Positions 37,217 through 51,035 are shown, numbered from the whole stretch's first letter. The stretch: DNA of 63,983 bases, filler included, from Choristocarpus tenellus KU-1152 (GCA_964200185.2; 14 parts of 14 records of this genome joined end to end with filler, not necessarily neighbours in it); one strand, 5' to 3'. Notes: generated by a model from the letters alone, not told the origin. Numbers and translations are program-made.

Positions 37217-37290
37217 TACTCTAGCCGGGGTTCGAACCCGGGACCTTGTGCGTGTGAGGCACACGTTATAGCCAACTAAACCACCAGAGC
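37217..37290 (-). tRNA. tRNA-Val(CAC)
   Basis: Reverse complement GCTCTGGTGGTTTAGTTGGCTATAACGTGTGCCTCACACGCACAAGGTCCCGGGTTCGAACCCCGGCTAGAGTA folds as a cloverleaf. Anticodon arm TGTGC-CT CAC AC-GCACA, intact B box, TTTT just downstream. Confidence 0.92.
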
Positions 37291-38005
37291 ATATATATAT
37301 CTTGTAGTTTTCAATATTTAATACCGTTGTCACAGAGAATAGATAGTGCTTCTGAGGAAAATTTTAGTCATACACAAAAAAGTTAACCAAAATAAGACTG
37401 TTGAAATAAATATGCAAAAAATGTATCTATATCGAAAGAAGAAACTTTACCCCTTCATTTATTTGATCTGTCGATCAATACGGAACATAATTGCCCCTCT
37501 ATATGGCCTGCTCCTCAGCCCATATCTGAATCATCTCTGCATCTCTGCATCTTTGCATCTATTTTTACATTTGAGATCATTTTTATTGATCAAATCGGTT
37601 GAAGATAGGACCGATTTTACTTTTTTTGCTGCTTATTCTCCCAAGGGGTAGTAGGCTACTTGACCAAGGAATTGATTGAGCACTCTGGGAAGGTTGCTGT
37701 TGTTCTACTGTTACATATTATTGCATTCTTCACTCGAGTCTGGGGACTTTATCAAGACTCAGGATTAGAGTCATTATCACACACCGGGTGGACAACTCGT
37801 CCAAAGATAACCACTCGTTGCACTACGATTGTTTGTACTACTGTTGTTTGTGCCCTGCTTCTATCAAATATGTCGTGTTCAGCTATCCCACCACTCATTG
37901 CTCCGCCTCCTCCCTTAAATCTTGTGCTGGACATGCCTTGGATTTGCTCCACTTAATTAAGCCTTCTTAGAGACACATACCTAAAATCTATTGGGTCTTG
38001 TTCTT

Positions 38006-38263
38006 GAGTTAAAGCATTTTAGTGGGTAGAAGTTTTGCCTTGTTTGTCCGTTCGGGGCTTGGCTTCCCACAGTTTTCTTATGCTCTTTTTCGGTTTTCTA
38101 TGTTAACACAGTTACCTAAAATGTATACGACTATGAAAGGAGTGTCCAGAGTAAGAATATTGACACTTGCTAATAAACACGATAGCCAAGTTTAATCAAA
38201 ATCGCAACATTGGATTTACGACCCCGAACGGACATAGTGTTACCCTCTTAAATGCTTTGACTC
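38006..38263 (+). mobile_element. MITE family A (older, diverged)
   Basis: Degenerate TIRs; 4-bp TSD TCTT. Confidence 0.88.
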
Positions 38264-39733
38264 TCTTACTTGCATCCAAACACCTACAGACTCTCGAGAA
38301 GCAGGCATTTTAGGCACGTGTTCTGAACGTACCCACGTGCCTTCAATACACCAGAAAATAGTCGAAACGGATTCATAGACTGGAAAAGAACAAAACAGGG
38401 GGTGTTCACACCTTGGGAGGCGTTTAAACGTATGGTTCGTCGAAGGGTGTGTTACCTTACACAATTACACGAATTTTCTTACGTCCAACATACGTAACTA
38501 CATACTTAATGCATCACGTTGTCAAGAATGACATAATAAGTAAATGGTAACCATTTGTTCTTCACTTTCTCAAAGATCAGCAACAGCTTTATATTGTATT
38601 TAGAGCATTGTATTTAGAGCATTGTACACCTCGTGAGATGTACAAAGTACAGCAGGAATTAACTCTCAAGCTCATGAGAAGACACTCCAGTACACATCAT
38701 GGATACAGGTCAGTGTCTTCCTCAAGGGTCATCTCCCCTTACCCTCTTGTCTACAACATACCACACTAGAATATGGCATCGCTGTCCATACCAAGAGCAA
38801 TATAAAATATGAAAAGCAACAAATATTTCCGCAAAAACATGCACAATCATGAAGTGTATCTGATGTATTGCAACTTCGACACTCCGCACCCCCCCCCTTT
38901 GATGATCCCGGAGAAGCGCTAACAACGGCATGCAACTCGTGCTCCAAAGACATATCTACTACCCTCACGAATCGAATGGACATTGACGAAATATATATTC
39001 TAACTGCAACAAAATTGTCACACTCCTATGATGCATCATCAAGTAAATCACCTGGGACAATTGTTACGCTTTTTTGTTTTGTTGTACGCCCAGAGCTCTA
39101 TACAACACATTATAGTTTGCGTACAACAATTTAGGCTCGCATACCACAGTCTGATGCATTCCATTACTACACTTGCTGCCCGTAAGCAGTAGACCATGTG
39201 TAGGTGCTGTTTATACCTGTTTTTGGGTAGTTGGTGTTCTCTAGTCACATAACTGCACATAGTTTGTTGGCTGGATGCAGCTGGATGCGGTCAACTCTCC
39301 TCCTCACCCACACCCTATGCATTGCAATATAGAAGGAGGTTCGAAAGTGATGTTGTACATAACATAAAAACAAACATTTGTGTCATTGGTGTCTGTGCTG
39401 TATATGGCTCATTCTTTTCCTCAAAACAAAGATGGATGAAGCAGACACGGCAGGCAAAGAGCCCGCAAGAGTAGGGCAGTATACAAGAGATTCCCACATG
39501 CATACCATAATGATGGGCTTACTACATCATGATGAACTCCTTCAAACACAAGTACGACCCCTTCCTGAGGCCACACACACTCAGTGTGTCTTGGACCTCC
39601 TCTGGGAAAGGGCGCTTGCACAAGCATTTTGAGTGTGGTGCGATGTTGTTGATTGTCTTTATTGCACAACAGTAGGCATTTATTGAAAACATAACGTTTT
39701 GTTTAGAAACATGTGTCACCTTAGTGACCTCTT

Positions 39734-39991
39734 GAGTAAAAGTATCTTAGAGGGTACGAGTTTTGCCCTGTTTGTCCATTTGGGGCTTGACTTCCCATAG
39801 GTTTTTTAATGACATTTTCCGACTCCAAAATGTTTCGGAGTAGGTAAAATGTGTGCGTTATGACAAGGTGTGTCCGGAACGCGGATACTGACACTTCCTA
39901 GCAAACACGATAGCCAGAATTACATCAACATCGCAACATTGGGTTGTGCCCCCAAATGGACGCGGCCCTACCCCCTAAGATACTTTGACTC
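39734..39991 (+). mobile_element. MITE family A
   Basis: Full length; 3-bp TSD CTT. Confidence 0.95.
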
Positions 39992-40639
39992 CTTGTCCAA
40001 ATACAAACTACTTTCCATGTAATTCTCCCTTTGCACATTCCCCGTCCACATTGTTTGTTGATCCATTAACCAAGCGATCCTTACACCACCCCATCCGCGA
40101 TTCAAGTGCATCGTTTTTCTTTCCATTATTGTAACAATCCTTCTGACAAAACAATTTCCGTATCTTCTCAAAGGATACAGTTCACAGTTCATCAAAAACG
40201 AAACTTTCCTTTCCAACAACGATGTGAGGGAACAATAACCTGGAAGTAGCACTACATCTAAACTTAGGCTTTTTAGCACTTACCATACATATCATTTGTA
40301 TACTTGGAAAAAGGGTGTTCCATTTGGTTATTCGGGTTGCTTCTGTTTTAGTATTGTTCCTGAATACCACACACAGTGTTCTACAGTCACACACTATTTT
40401 GCAATCATTCATACTCAAATGTAATCTGCACAGATAACCTATGCATTACATCACAGGCGACTACTTCAAAACTGGCGGAGTAGTTAAGGAGGTCCCCATT
40501 GTATTATTAAACAAAAAAAACAGGACCTAAACAATCTAGTACTTCTTCTGTTTAGAATGCATTGTAACTTAACTTGTGTGCAGCCCCCATGAAGAAGCAA
40601 GATCTTTTTCGTATGTTCATGTTTTATGAGTGTATCGTG

Positions 40640-41130
40640 CAGACACTAAAAGGTTGCCCACCAAAATCTCAACCAAAATGAGTCAGCCTACAACTATCTA
40701 TATATGGTTCCGCCCCCAAGCTCCAATCCAGCACGGTATTTCGCCGCATCCACCGGGCCATTTGAGGGGAGTTTGCCCGCCTCCTCAGGCTTTTCCTTGC
40801 TAAGATGGGGGATTTGGAAGACGTTGTCACCCTTGGATCCGAGTACTTCGCCGTAGACTGAAAAGCGACTCTGCCAGATGCGCTCTTGTGTCTCCTACGG
40901 GTACACATTGAACGCCTCCATTGTGGTCTCCACCGGCTCCTTTGTGTTGGTCACCCTCGCGTCTTCCTTCAGTTGCTAGATCAAATTGAAAGAATCCCAG
41001 GTCGTTCACGTTGAGATCAGGTGATTTGACTGACTGGATCTCTATGACAATGTCGGTCCCCGCCGCCTCCTCAATTGCCACCCTTATCCCCTCCTTGGAA
41101 GGACTGTCTCGATCCACTGCTTAACCCTTT
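40640..41130 (-). mobile_element. Tc1/mariner transposase C-terminal fragment (plant/oomycete DD39D-like), pseudogenised
   Basis: IVIEIQSVKSPDLNVNDLGFF matches QPPNSPDLNVLDLGFF. After a frameshift comes EAFNVYP*ETQERIWQSRFSVYGEVLGSKGDNVFQIPH, matching the GxNxYxIPH tail. Confidence 0.8.
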
Positions 41131-41987
41131 TCACCTTCTCACACTTGTATGGATCCCACAATGAGGCAAGGGAGACCCCAGCTTTGGCTGCTTACCATGG
41201 AAGGATGTGCGGTGTACCAATGGGACGTTGAGGAAATTGTATGAAGACCACATCACCCCTTGCGACATCGTGCAAGGTCCATGCATTGATTCCGTTGGGT
41301 CTTGCTGTCGTATTCCTTCAGATGACGAAATATAGTGTTTCGGGAAATTCAAAACTCTCCTGTGATGGCCACTGCTGTCCCCTGAGGCATCCAAGTCTCC
41401 TGCCCTCTTGCCTCCAGTCATTGCACCACCACGCCGTTCTTCATCAGGGTGTTTAAGTCCTGACCCTCAATAGACTTCTGGGTCGAAGAACTGTGGGCGA
41501 TGACGGGATAAGTGAGCCGCTTGAACGATGAGGATTTTTTTGTCATATATTTCAAGATAGAGACATTGGGCAGGTGGGCAAGAAAGGGGCCTGACAGATT
41601 ATTGGGATGCATCCGTACTTCCTTGTCCACCTTCGTAGGGCTAGTTGGAAGCATATCAGTGTGCACCTTAGTAGGTAGAGAACAATCTCTAAGGGGACAT
41701 TGTTGTATCATCAGTTTTCAAATAGTATATATTTCAATGAAGTATCTTTTAAGTGACGATAACTACTATATCCATAGTGGTTCTTCTCACCATACAGTTT
41801 TGGCCTGTTTTTTCTCTTCACACCCCTTCACATACCTTCAAAATATCGAAGGGCACGCTAATATACCTAATTATTTCTGGTGCCAGCAAAACTGTGTGAT
41901 TGTGAAAGAAACCGCTTGACGGTACATGATATCGAGTACATATCGTCTTGTGTTGAGTACATCCAGACAAATAGTGTCTGTCACTAA

Positions 41988-42037
41988 CAGCCTCTCACCA
42001 AAATTGAGGATGGAGTATACTATGGAGGATGGGTTTG
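41988..42037 (+). repeat. Dispersed repeat end, family D (also 2733-2775 +, about 6290-6340 -, about 48980-49031 -)
   Basis: (TAA)CAGCCTCTCAsCAAAATTGAGGATGGAG..ATGGAGGATGGGTTTG; probable transposon terminus. Confidence 0.65.
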
Positions 42038-42234
42038 NNNNNNNNNNNNNNNNNNNNNNNNNNNNNNNNNNNNNNNNNNNNTTAATTAATTAANNNNNNN
42101 NNNNNNNNNNNNNNNNNNNNNNNNNNNNNNNNNNNNNTAATCCCTATATGTCGAAATGTGGGTACAAAAACCACTGATGCAAGTTCTCAAGCAAGTAAGG
42201 TATACCCTATCTATGAATTGTCTGTGGATCGACT

Positions 42235-42492
42235 AAGCCAAAGTAACTTAGTGGGTAGGGCCACGTCCATTTGGGGGTCAAAATCCAATGTTGTGATTCT
42301 AATGTAATTTTGGCTATCGTGTTTGTTAGGAAGTGTCAATATCCTTGTTACGGATACACCTTTTCAAAACATGTACATTTTACTAATCCAAACCTTTTTT
42401 GGAGTAGGAAAATGTCACCAAGAACCCATGGGAAGCCAAGCCCCAAATGGACAAACAGGGCAAACCTCGTACCCTCTAAGATACCTTCGCTC
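42235..42492 (-). mobile_element. MITE family A
   Basis: Full length; 3-bp TSD ACT. Confidence 0.92.
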
Positions 42493-44368
42493 ACTAGGGG
42501 AAATTACAATAGTAGCAAATGACTCTGACCCCTTCGCAAGCTTCAATGTTTTCCCTGTAATTGATGCAGAAGTTCTAGCAAAAGCCCAACATTATCAGTT
42601 TGGAGCTTATTTTCAATACCTGGCAGACCCAAGTAATTCAGCATTACCCACTAAGGAAATAGCCTACACCGTGACATATTCTTTCACTCAAGAACGAGAA
42701 AATATCATTTTACTCTACCGGTCGTATCAACCTAGTCATCTTCGAAAAAACGGAGAATTTTGTGGTCAGTTAGTAGTCCCAACGGAGGTTCAGGGATTAA
42801 TTTCACATGCCCTACATGACCATAAAGTTGCGGGCCATCTTGCTTTCAAACACACTTTTGACCGGGTTCGAGACAGATTTTGGAGGTCAACCTTACATAA
42901 AGATGTGAGGAAGTGGTGTGAAACTTGCCAGTCCTCTCAAAGGCGTAAGACCTCTCACACCCTTACCCCATTACCGACAAGACATATGCCTGTCACACGT
43001 CCATTTCAACGACTTGCTATTGACCTAGTTAAATAGAAAGACCACGTCAGACAGTGCAAAATATGTGTTATCCACTGTAGACCATCTTACAAAATTCGCA
43101 ATCTTGGTTGGCATTGCAAACAAGCAAGAGAAAACCGTGGCTAAAGCTCTTGTCAATCGTATTTTTTCCATCTTTGGTCCTCCTGAAACACTCCTCTTTA
43201 ACCAAGGCAAAGAACTTGAGAATAAACTTCTGGCTGAGTTGCGTAAAGTGTATGGATATCATAAAACCAAGACAATGGCATATCGATCGCAGGGCAATAT
43301 TATATGTGAACGTATTCATTCCACAATATATGGTATGCTGGTCGTGTATTCAAGTATACACCAATCTGACTGGGCCTCGTTATTGCCCTTTGTGCAGCTA
43401 GCACATAATACAGCCTACAATACCACTGTTCAAGAAACCCTATTTTTTCTGATGTGTGGGAAGCGCCCAATTTTACCAATGATCTTATTTTTGGGGGTCC
43501 CTCAGGCCGCCCCCATAACTGCATGAGAATACAGTACGAAAACAGTGGATAATTTACAGCTACTAGCCTATGAATTAGTCCGGCATAATATTGGTGAGAT
43601 GGTTCTACGGAACGAATCGAAGAACGTGAGCCATAAACTCCCACTATGCAGACCCGGAGATAAAGTGTGGCTTCACAAACCACATACTTCAGCTGATGCA
43701 CCAAACCCCAAGTTATTGTCCCCATGGAGAGGACCTTATGAAGTGCAGGCACGTATAACACCTGTTATTTATCGCGTAAAACGCTTGGAAGATCGACGTA
43801 AAGTGACAGTTCATGTGGCCAGACATAAACCCTACAAAGAAGGAACAGTCACAGAACCTGACATTGATGCCCTTAATTCACTCTTTCCAGACCGGATATT
43901 ACCCGAACTGAATCTTGATCACGGGTCAAAGGCACAGCCAACTATTGGATCTTACAAAGTAGAGGGCATTGTTGACCATAAGTGTGTGTGTAGGAAGAAA
44001 GACTACCCGCAATTATTTGTGCCGGCTTCGCTTTCAGGGATATTCACCGGCCAGTGATGTATGGCGCAAACCCGCTGAAGTACCTGAATGTGGAGATATG
44101 ATCGCAGCCTATAGGGATGGGAACAAGTTGTACCTCCCTAATGTAAGAGCCACTGACCAAGCGACTTGTCGTAATCAAAAGACACCTGCCACTACAACAG
44201 CCGAAGAACGTGTAGTACCACCAACCGGACATCCACTTAATAGCAACCAAGTCTCCTCTAGTACTTGTGACACCTCTCCTTGTCGACCGGAAAGTGTGAT
44301 GAATGCCTCTATAATAGTGGGTTGCCGGCCTGGTGAATTGCCACCGAATTCCACAGATAGAGACGATG
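42493..44368 (+). mobile_element. Degenerate chromovirus-type Ty3/Gypsy integrase with GPY/F motif and chromodomain
   Basis: HALHDHKVAGHLAFKHTFDRVRDRFW..WCETCQSSQRRK, RPFQRLAIDLV, VDHLTKF, WASLLPFVQLAHNT, KLLSPWRGPYEV, then the chromodomain YKVEGIVDHK/YLCRLRFQGYSPASDVW. Stops and frameshifts. Same lineage as the 10.8-14 kb relic but diverged. Confidence 0.92.
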
Positions 44369-44626
44369 GAGTTAAAGTATCTTAGAGGGTAAGAGTTTTT
44401 CCCTGCTTGTCCATTTAGGGCTTGGCTTCCCACAGGTTTTCAATGACATTTTACCTACTCATAAATTTTTCGGAGTTGGTAAAATGTTTACTTTATGAAA
44501 AGGAGTATCCAGAACACGGATATTGACATCTCCAAACAAACATGATAGCCAAAATTCCATCAAAATTGCAACATTGGATTTGACCTCCACATGGACACGG
44601 CACAACCCTCTAAGATACTTTGACTC
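44369..44626 (+). mobile_element. MITE family A
   Basis: Full length; flanks GATG / CATG (4 bp, one mismatch). Confidence 0.92.
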
Positions 44627-44872
44627 CATGTTTCTTTTTCACTACCAAGATGGTGAAAGCGACGCCGAAAGATCCTTGAAGACCATGCCATGGCTCAGCT
44701 CGGGTAATGTTTGTTAAAGTATCCTCGAAATCATCAAAGAGGATAAAGGTGATAAACCTGNNNNNNNNNNNNNNNNNNNNNNNNNNNNNNNNNNNNNNNN
44801 NNNNTTAATTAATTAANNNNNNNNNNNNNNNNNNNNNNNNNNNNNNNNNNNNNNNNNNNNATATTGCTGTAG

Positions 44873-45051
44873 AGGGGGTGTGGGGGGGGGGGGGGGGGGG
44901 TTCTACAACAGGATGTTCATTTGGGCCAAAACCAGGAAAAGTGCACTTAGATTATCCGTCCGATGTATGCAACCAAATCACACAAAAATCGTGACGTGAA
45001 GAAATTCACCCCGAAAGGGCAGCCGCCACCCCCCCCCAGATACTTTGAGCC
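44873..45051 (-). mobile_element. MITE family B
   Basis: poly-G...catttgggccaaaaccaggaaaag...CCCCCAGATACTTTGAGCC. Confidence 0.85.
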
Positions 45052-45826
45052 TGTACAAATACTTGTCATAATACTCACCCGCCTATAAAACATGTACAAA
45101 TATTTACACATTTCACTCTCCTGTCTGCATAAGATGTACAAACGGTTCCTATATATTGATTTGAATCCCTCCATCATTATTGGGCCTTGTGTGAGCACAA
45201 GTTGTACAAATCATAGTATGTTGATTTACCAACATTTCATCTTGCTGTGGAAAGATTTGTCCCACACCCCTCTCACAAAAATGAATGAGTAAAATGACGT
45301 GGATCCACGAATGGGAGAGTTAACTCCTAAATCTTTGATTTGTGACGATAAGCCCCAGCGCGCATAACTCACATTTATTTTAGCAACGGTCATTAATTTG
45401 TTGGAAATTGATTTGATTCGTCCGACATGTGAACATGTTAGTTGAGGTTCCAGATTAGACAGGTTTGAAAATGTCTCTATCAATAATAACTCGTAAATGT
45501 TTTGAACATTCAACAGTGGTCAGAATGTATCATCTGTAACTAGTAGTAGGTTCTTGCTCCTGATGTGCCAACTATTTCCTAGAATATTTACCTCATGCAT
45601 ATAATACGCAATGATCATGTAAGGGATTCAATTTTGCTGGTTTGCCCAATAAAATTCCGGTTCACCTTATTTCGACGTGGATCTGATATTTATTACTTGT
45701 AATATGTTTTTGGTAGTTTGTGTATGGTATTTATTACTCTACTACAGCTTTAATGTTGTACTGGTAGTTCTAATCAAGAAAGATAAAATAATATATCTTA
45801 GTGTAGTAGAAAGTATTGTATTCATT

Positions 45827-45898
45827 GCTCCTATAGCTCAGTGGTAGAGCGTCAGCTTAGTAAGCTGCAGGTCCTGAGTTCGACTCTCAGTGGGAGCT
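45827..45898 (+). tRNA. tRNA-Thr(AGT)
   Basis: GCTCCTATAGCTCAGTGGTAGAGCGTCAGCTTAGTAAGCTGCAGGTCCTGAGTTCGACTCTCAGTGGGAGCT. Canonical A and B boxes, anticodon AGT, one T:C mismatch at the top of the anticodon stem. Confidence 0.9.
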
Positions 45899-46448
45899 AT
45901 GAGGAAATTTTAGTGAACTTCTACCATATCTTGCGAATGTTTCGTCTCGTGTAAAGCACAAATTTTTCTTTTCACGCTAGAACCAGTGCGAGCAGTATAC
46001 GCGGGCGTGGAAACCCAGAAAGGGGGAACTCTGATTTGCTAAAGTTGCAGAGTAAGACCTGCTACTCAAGAATAAAATTGTTTTCAGATGTATTTATTAC
46101 AGGTACAGGGTCTGTAAACTCAAAATGGATGATTGTAAGTATGACTTCACGAACCACTTTCTTTTAATCCTTGAGTCGTACACTTACATTGAATGAAAGT
46201 ATACCTTCATCTGCTGACCTGGTATTCACTATCCTCATTGGACCCCTAGACTGTCGGAGTATCTCGGGAGTCCTGTACAGGCATCAGCGCCATCTGTAGG
46301 CCTGTGGATTGGAGCTATACATCCCGTGGAGGTAAGCTTTGGGGCATGCTGTAACACAAAAGCTCTGACCCAGCCATGATCTTACTAATGACCACAATCA
46401 ACCAGGTCAGAGGAGGAGGAACGAGTGGGAGTGCAAAAACACTTAAGT

Positions 46449-46715
46449 GAGCCCAAAGAAAACGAGAGTTATCCAGGTTTTGGCTCCTTTGTATTTAAAG
46501 TCTGTTTTTCTATCTTTTGCCATTCACACATACTTCTCTGGATGAAGTCGTTAAGTTTGACGTTAGAATGTTATTTTCTATTATTGTTCGAAACTTTTTC
46601 GACACGATTTACAAATATCCTACTAAACACAACTGTGAAAAAAAACAATTTTTGCACATATTTGTCAGCACCCTTAAATAATGCAAATCTGGGCATCTCT
46701 TATTTACTTTGATTC
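46449..46715 (-). mobile_element. MITE family C
   Basis: Both ends match the reverse complement of the 1826-2087 copy (gagcccaaagaaaacgag..ccaggttttgg; ctcttatttactttgattc). Confidence 0.7.
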
Positions 46716-47035
46716 CATGGCTCGTGTGGGGTACGTTTAATGTTGATGATACGGACATTGTGTGTAGACCTAAGGGAGGTTTGGGCAGGATGATGGCAGT
46801 GGTTGTAGAGGTGTTCAGGTCATACAAACAAGGAGACCATCTGTTACAAAACGCTCCCAGCAGCTTACCTTGATGAGATACGTAGCTTCAATCAACAAGC
46901 TTGTAAGCTGATGATGACACTTGCAGACAGTGCCATAATGGAAATATCATTGATTTTGCTGGATCATCGCTTCAATTTTTCACTGCATTGCTTCAATTGA
47001 GGCATCGAAGAAGGATTGAGACACAGGCAATGAAT

Positions 47036-47292
47036 GAGCCAAAGTATCTCAGAGGGTTGGGCCGCGTCCATTTGGGGTCCAAAATCCATTGATGTGATTT
47101 TGACGTAATTATGGCTATCGCGTTTATTAGGATATGTCAACATCCTTGTTTCGGACACATCTTTTCATAACGTATACATTTTACCTACTCCGAAACATTT
47201 TGGAGTAGGAAATGTCATTAATAAAACATGGGAAGCCATGGGCCAAATGGACAAACAGGGCAAAACTCATACCCTCTAAGATACTTTCACTC
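47036..47292 (-). mobile_element. MITE family A
   Basis: Full length; 3-bp TSD AAT. Confidence 0.93.
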
Positions 47293-47468
47293 AATGCTCT
47301 GGAATGACTACGTACCTAAAAAATAGTCAAGAAGAGCATCAAATATAGTCTAGGACGTCAAGATCATAGTAGTGCCTATCAAAACACCCTTAAGATACAT
47401 CCCCTGTAATACATGTGTTTTTAGCCTCCCAATACGGTCCATTATTAAGGCCTTTTGCAAAATGCAGA

Positions 47469-47662
47469 GACACAAAGTATCTGGGAGGNNNNNNNNNNNN
47501 NNNNNNNNNNNNNNNNNNNNNNNNNNNNNNNNTTAATTAATTAANNNNNNNNNNNNNNNNNNNNNNNNNNNNNNNNNNNNNNNNNNNNGTGCAATATTCA
47601 TGGTCATGGCCCAAATGGACACCCTGGTGTAGACCCCTCCCCCCCCCCAGATACTTTGGGTC
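47469..47662. mobile_element. MITE family B ends on both sides of a spacer (47469-47488 and 47589-47662)
   Basis: GACACAAAGTATCTGGGAGG before the gap; cccaaatggacaccctggtgtagacccc...AGATACTTTGGGTC after it. Confidence 0.75.
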
Positions 47663-49151
47663 AAATATATATATTTCTGAAAGCCATGTGAAAAAAGCAT
47701 TCCGATACAACATGGTGAGATGATGACGAATCAACACACGATGTGATTTGTAAAACTTGTGCTCACAATCACAAGTCATTGGGGAGGGATTCGACTCAAC
47801 ATAATAGTATCAAGGAACTATTTGTACCTGATTCCCACATAGGGGAGTGGTACGGACAATCCTTTGTACGCATTTCGCAGAAGATGTGTTGTATCGACAA
47901 AATTTTGTACACGTTTTTGCATGGGGAGAGGTACTGATCCACCATATGCGACCAGTGACTAGCGGTAAAATGGTAACATTGAAGAGTAAACAGTGACCCC
48001 AACAGGTATCAACTTCATGACACACCACTAGAAGAGTCATATCGCCCTGCAAACTGCTGGAGTTTCCACAGCATGCCCATTCAAAGAGGAAGGTGGCACT
48101 ATTTGTACTGTTACAGAACGGCAAGGGAACCAGGTACTGTACATAATTACAGAAATAGTAACCAAAAAATCGTTCACAACTGTTGTTTGCAATAAATCAC
48201 AAGAAATCTTGGTTTTGTACATAATTGTTTCCTTTTGAACAAGATAATATTGGTATACGATTGTTTCCCTATTAAAACAGAAGGTGAAAATTATCTCCAA
48301 ATCATGTGTACGTGCTAACCAACAAGTTTACATCAAGTCGGGATTTGTTCTCCATTCCTCGACATTGAGTTGCGTTCAGTACATGTCTTGTGGTATAAGA
48401 TTCCAGGGTAGAAATGATTTGTGCATCTTCACCATTCCTTCAACCTTGGCACACAGGTAATTGTATATATTTTGTCTAGTGATTTGTGGTTCACCAATGA
48501 GTTAAATAGTGATTTGCCTGACTTGTGGACATAGTAATGAGGTACAACACAAAAAAGTGACCCATTAAGTTTGGTGTGGAGGACAATGTACATTATCGAA
48601 TAGAAATGTTTCTTTGCAAAAGCATTAAATGATGGAAGATTGAGGCTGTGTAATATATCAGCACGACTAATACCTACTCTCTTCCTACTTGTCTTCTCTT
48701 CTGCTTCAACTTGCATCCATGTAACACTTCGACAAAAAAGACGAAAATGTAGTCGTATGTACATAAACAAGGTTCACACGAAAAATAGACATCAATTGTG
48801 AACGGAAACGAAGCAGGAAAGTTTTTTTATGCTGACCCATTGGTTGAGGCACGCTATTGCTTCCTGTTTCTTCTAAGAGTGTATATTTCCATGATCTTCA
48901 CCTCATAAATTCCTTTGACAAGAATAATATTTTTTCTTGAAAAAAATATATATTGACACTTTATCCTAGTCAATTTTGGGTCAAGCACATCCTCAATGAA
49001 AAGCTCCATCCTCAATTTTTGAAATCGGCTGTTAACTGAAACTGAATTCCTGTACAATTCATCGAAATGTTGCTAAAAAAAGTCACCTGAATGTTGCTAA
49101 AAAGTCACCTAGTGTCCTGGCTTAAGAAAGTAGCAGATGATAATATTATTC

Positions 49152-49233
49152 TGATCGCGGTGGGGTTCGAACCCACGAGTACGAATACATGACGACCTGA
49201 ACGCCACCCCTTAGACCGCTCGGGCACACGATC
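49152..49233 (-). tRNA. tRNA-Leu(CAG)
   Basis: Reverse complement GATCGTGTGCCCGAGCGGTCTAAGGGGTGGCGTTCAGGTCGTCATGTATTCGTACTCGTGGGTTCGAACCCCACCGCGATCA. Long variable arm, anticodon CAG. Confidence 0.93.
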
Positions 49234-50779
49234 TTGATATCGTCGACAAAGATTCAATTTTCAACACTCAAACAAGTTATGACAGGTCTTAGCTAAGGTA
49301 ATGGATTTAGTCATATATTTATGCCAATTTTGTGATAGGTATCTTCCAGGAAGGGGAAACCTTCAAATTACCATTTCTTTAGAAGATAAACCTCAAGGTG
49401 TGTATTTTCTCATATGATACGAGCATTTGCTTCCCGATGACGTCAATGTTGGGTTGTTTGAGTAGAGCTTACAACGTCCCTCATTCACCTTCCTTGTTGA
49501 TTCCTTCCCTGAGTGACCTTCTGAGGGTTGTTCATCCTCCTGACTTGTCCCTCTCCTTTCCACTTCTCCTGTAGTTCTCTCCACTCCCCTTCAGTCTGAG
49601 GAACCCGCCCATCTGTCTCCAACTGTTCCACCATTCTCAACAATGAAAAAACTTTCTGACATGTTAATAGTTTTTATTGTTTTTTCCCTAAACACATCTG
49701 CGAAATGTCAGAAAGCATAAAAATAAAATATAAGCAAAATTTTACAACTGTATCGTTGTTGTTGTTGTTTATGTACAGTTGTAATAACAACAGGAACATA
49801 TAGAAACGACATCACCTGCTTGCTGTTGTCGTTGCCATTCAGACATTACTACAAGTATATACCTATGTATTATTATGCCCGCTGACATGTTGAAGGGATT
49901 TGCCATGCACGAAGAACCAGAAATATAAAGGGGAGAAGGCAGCAAAACAATGTGTTACAATACCTCCTAAAAAAGAGGAACTTCATGTGAAGAACACAAC
50001 AAACATAAGCACAGAAAGCAATACTATTTTATCAGATGCACCAGCTTGTATGGAACCAGAAAACAGCAAGGCGGGGGGGAATTAAGGGAACAATCTCATC
50101 AATATGTCAAGTTTCTCATAACCCATCCACCTCGAGTCTCTATTTCAAACCGCAAAACTCTTCTGGATATGACCACTTGGGAAGTGACAGAAATAATCTT
50201 CCTTAACCGTAATTTTACTCCTTCTGTTCTGCTGAAACCCTCCCCCGCTTTCCTCCTACAACATGCGTCGCTAGTTCATCCAGAAATAATTGTGTCTCTG
50301 TACCAAGACGCCCGAAACTTTCTACTGCCAAGGTGTTGAAGTTAAAACTACAAGGGTCAAAAGATCCCTCATTGTGGTCACAACTACGCTCCTCTGCTGC
50401 AGCAGCGATAAATGTTATTGCTGTTTGCTGAGATGTGGAGGTAGCAGTCCGCTTGAACTTCGGCAAAGCCTACATCCAAGTGTAGATCCCTTTTCCCTGT
50501 AGGGGGCGACAACTGCATTCGAGAGAGTTCCTGCGTGGAAGACCACATCCACACGGAAATTGTGATTGATGGTGAAGGAGGTTGCCGTACTCCAAGGTGT
50601 AGGGGACACCCATATCTTCGCAGATGTCAACTAGTTGCAGGACTATTGGTGAGTGCTACCATATTTGACCACCACCTTGGGGGCAATTGCGAGCATGAAC
50701 AGTGTCCACCCAATTCCTCCTGTGTCCCTTCACTGGGCAGCAATTGGAGGGTGCCCCCTCTACCCCTAAAGAACGGTCT

Positions 50780-51035
50780 AAGTCAAAGTATCTTAGAGGG
50801 TACGCGTTTTGCCCTGTTTGTACATTTAGGGCTTGACTTCCCATGATTTTTTTTTATGACATTTTCCTACTCCAAAGTCTCGGAATAGGTAAAATTTGTA
50901 CATTATAAAAAGGTTGTCCAGGAGAATGATATTGACACTTCCTAACGACACGATAGTCAAAATTACATCAAAATCGCAACATTGGATTTTAGCCCTCAAA
51001 TGGACACGGCCCTACCCTCTAAGATACTTTGGCTC
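50780..51035 (+). mobile_element. MITE family A
   Basis: Full length; flanks TCT / TTT. Confidence 0.92.

Noticed and set aside
42235-44626. Two inverted MITE-A copies bracketing a Gypsy integrase, like a composite transposon
   Set aside because: The left copy has its own TSD (ACT/ACT) and the outer flanks do not match, so these are independent insertions.
47850-47930. Minus-strand FVDTTHLLRNAY resembling the P-element DxxHLxKxxRN motif; also FMDDV at about 56625 as an RT motif
   Set aside because: Single short motifs without supporting neighbouring motifs.
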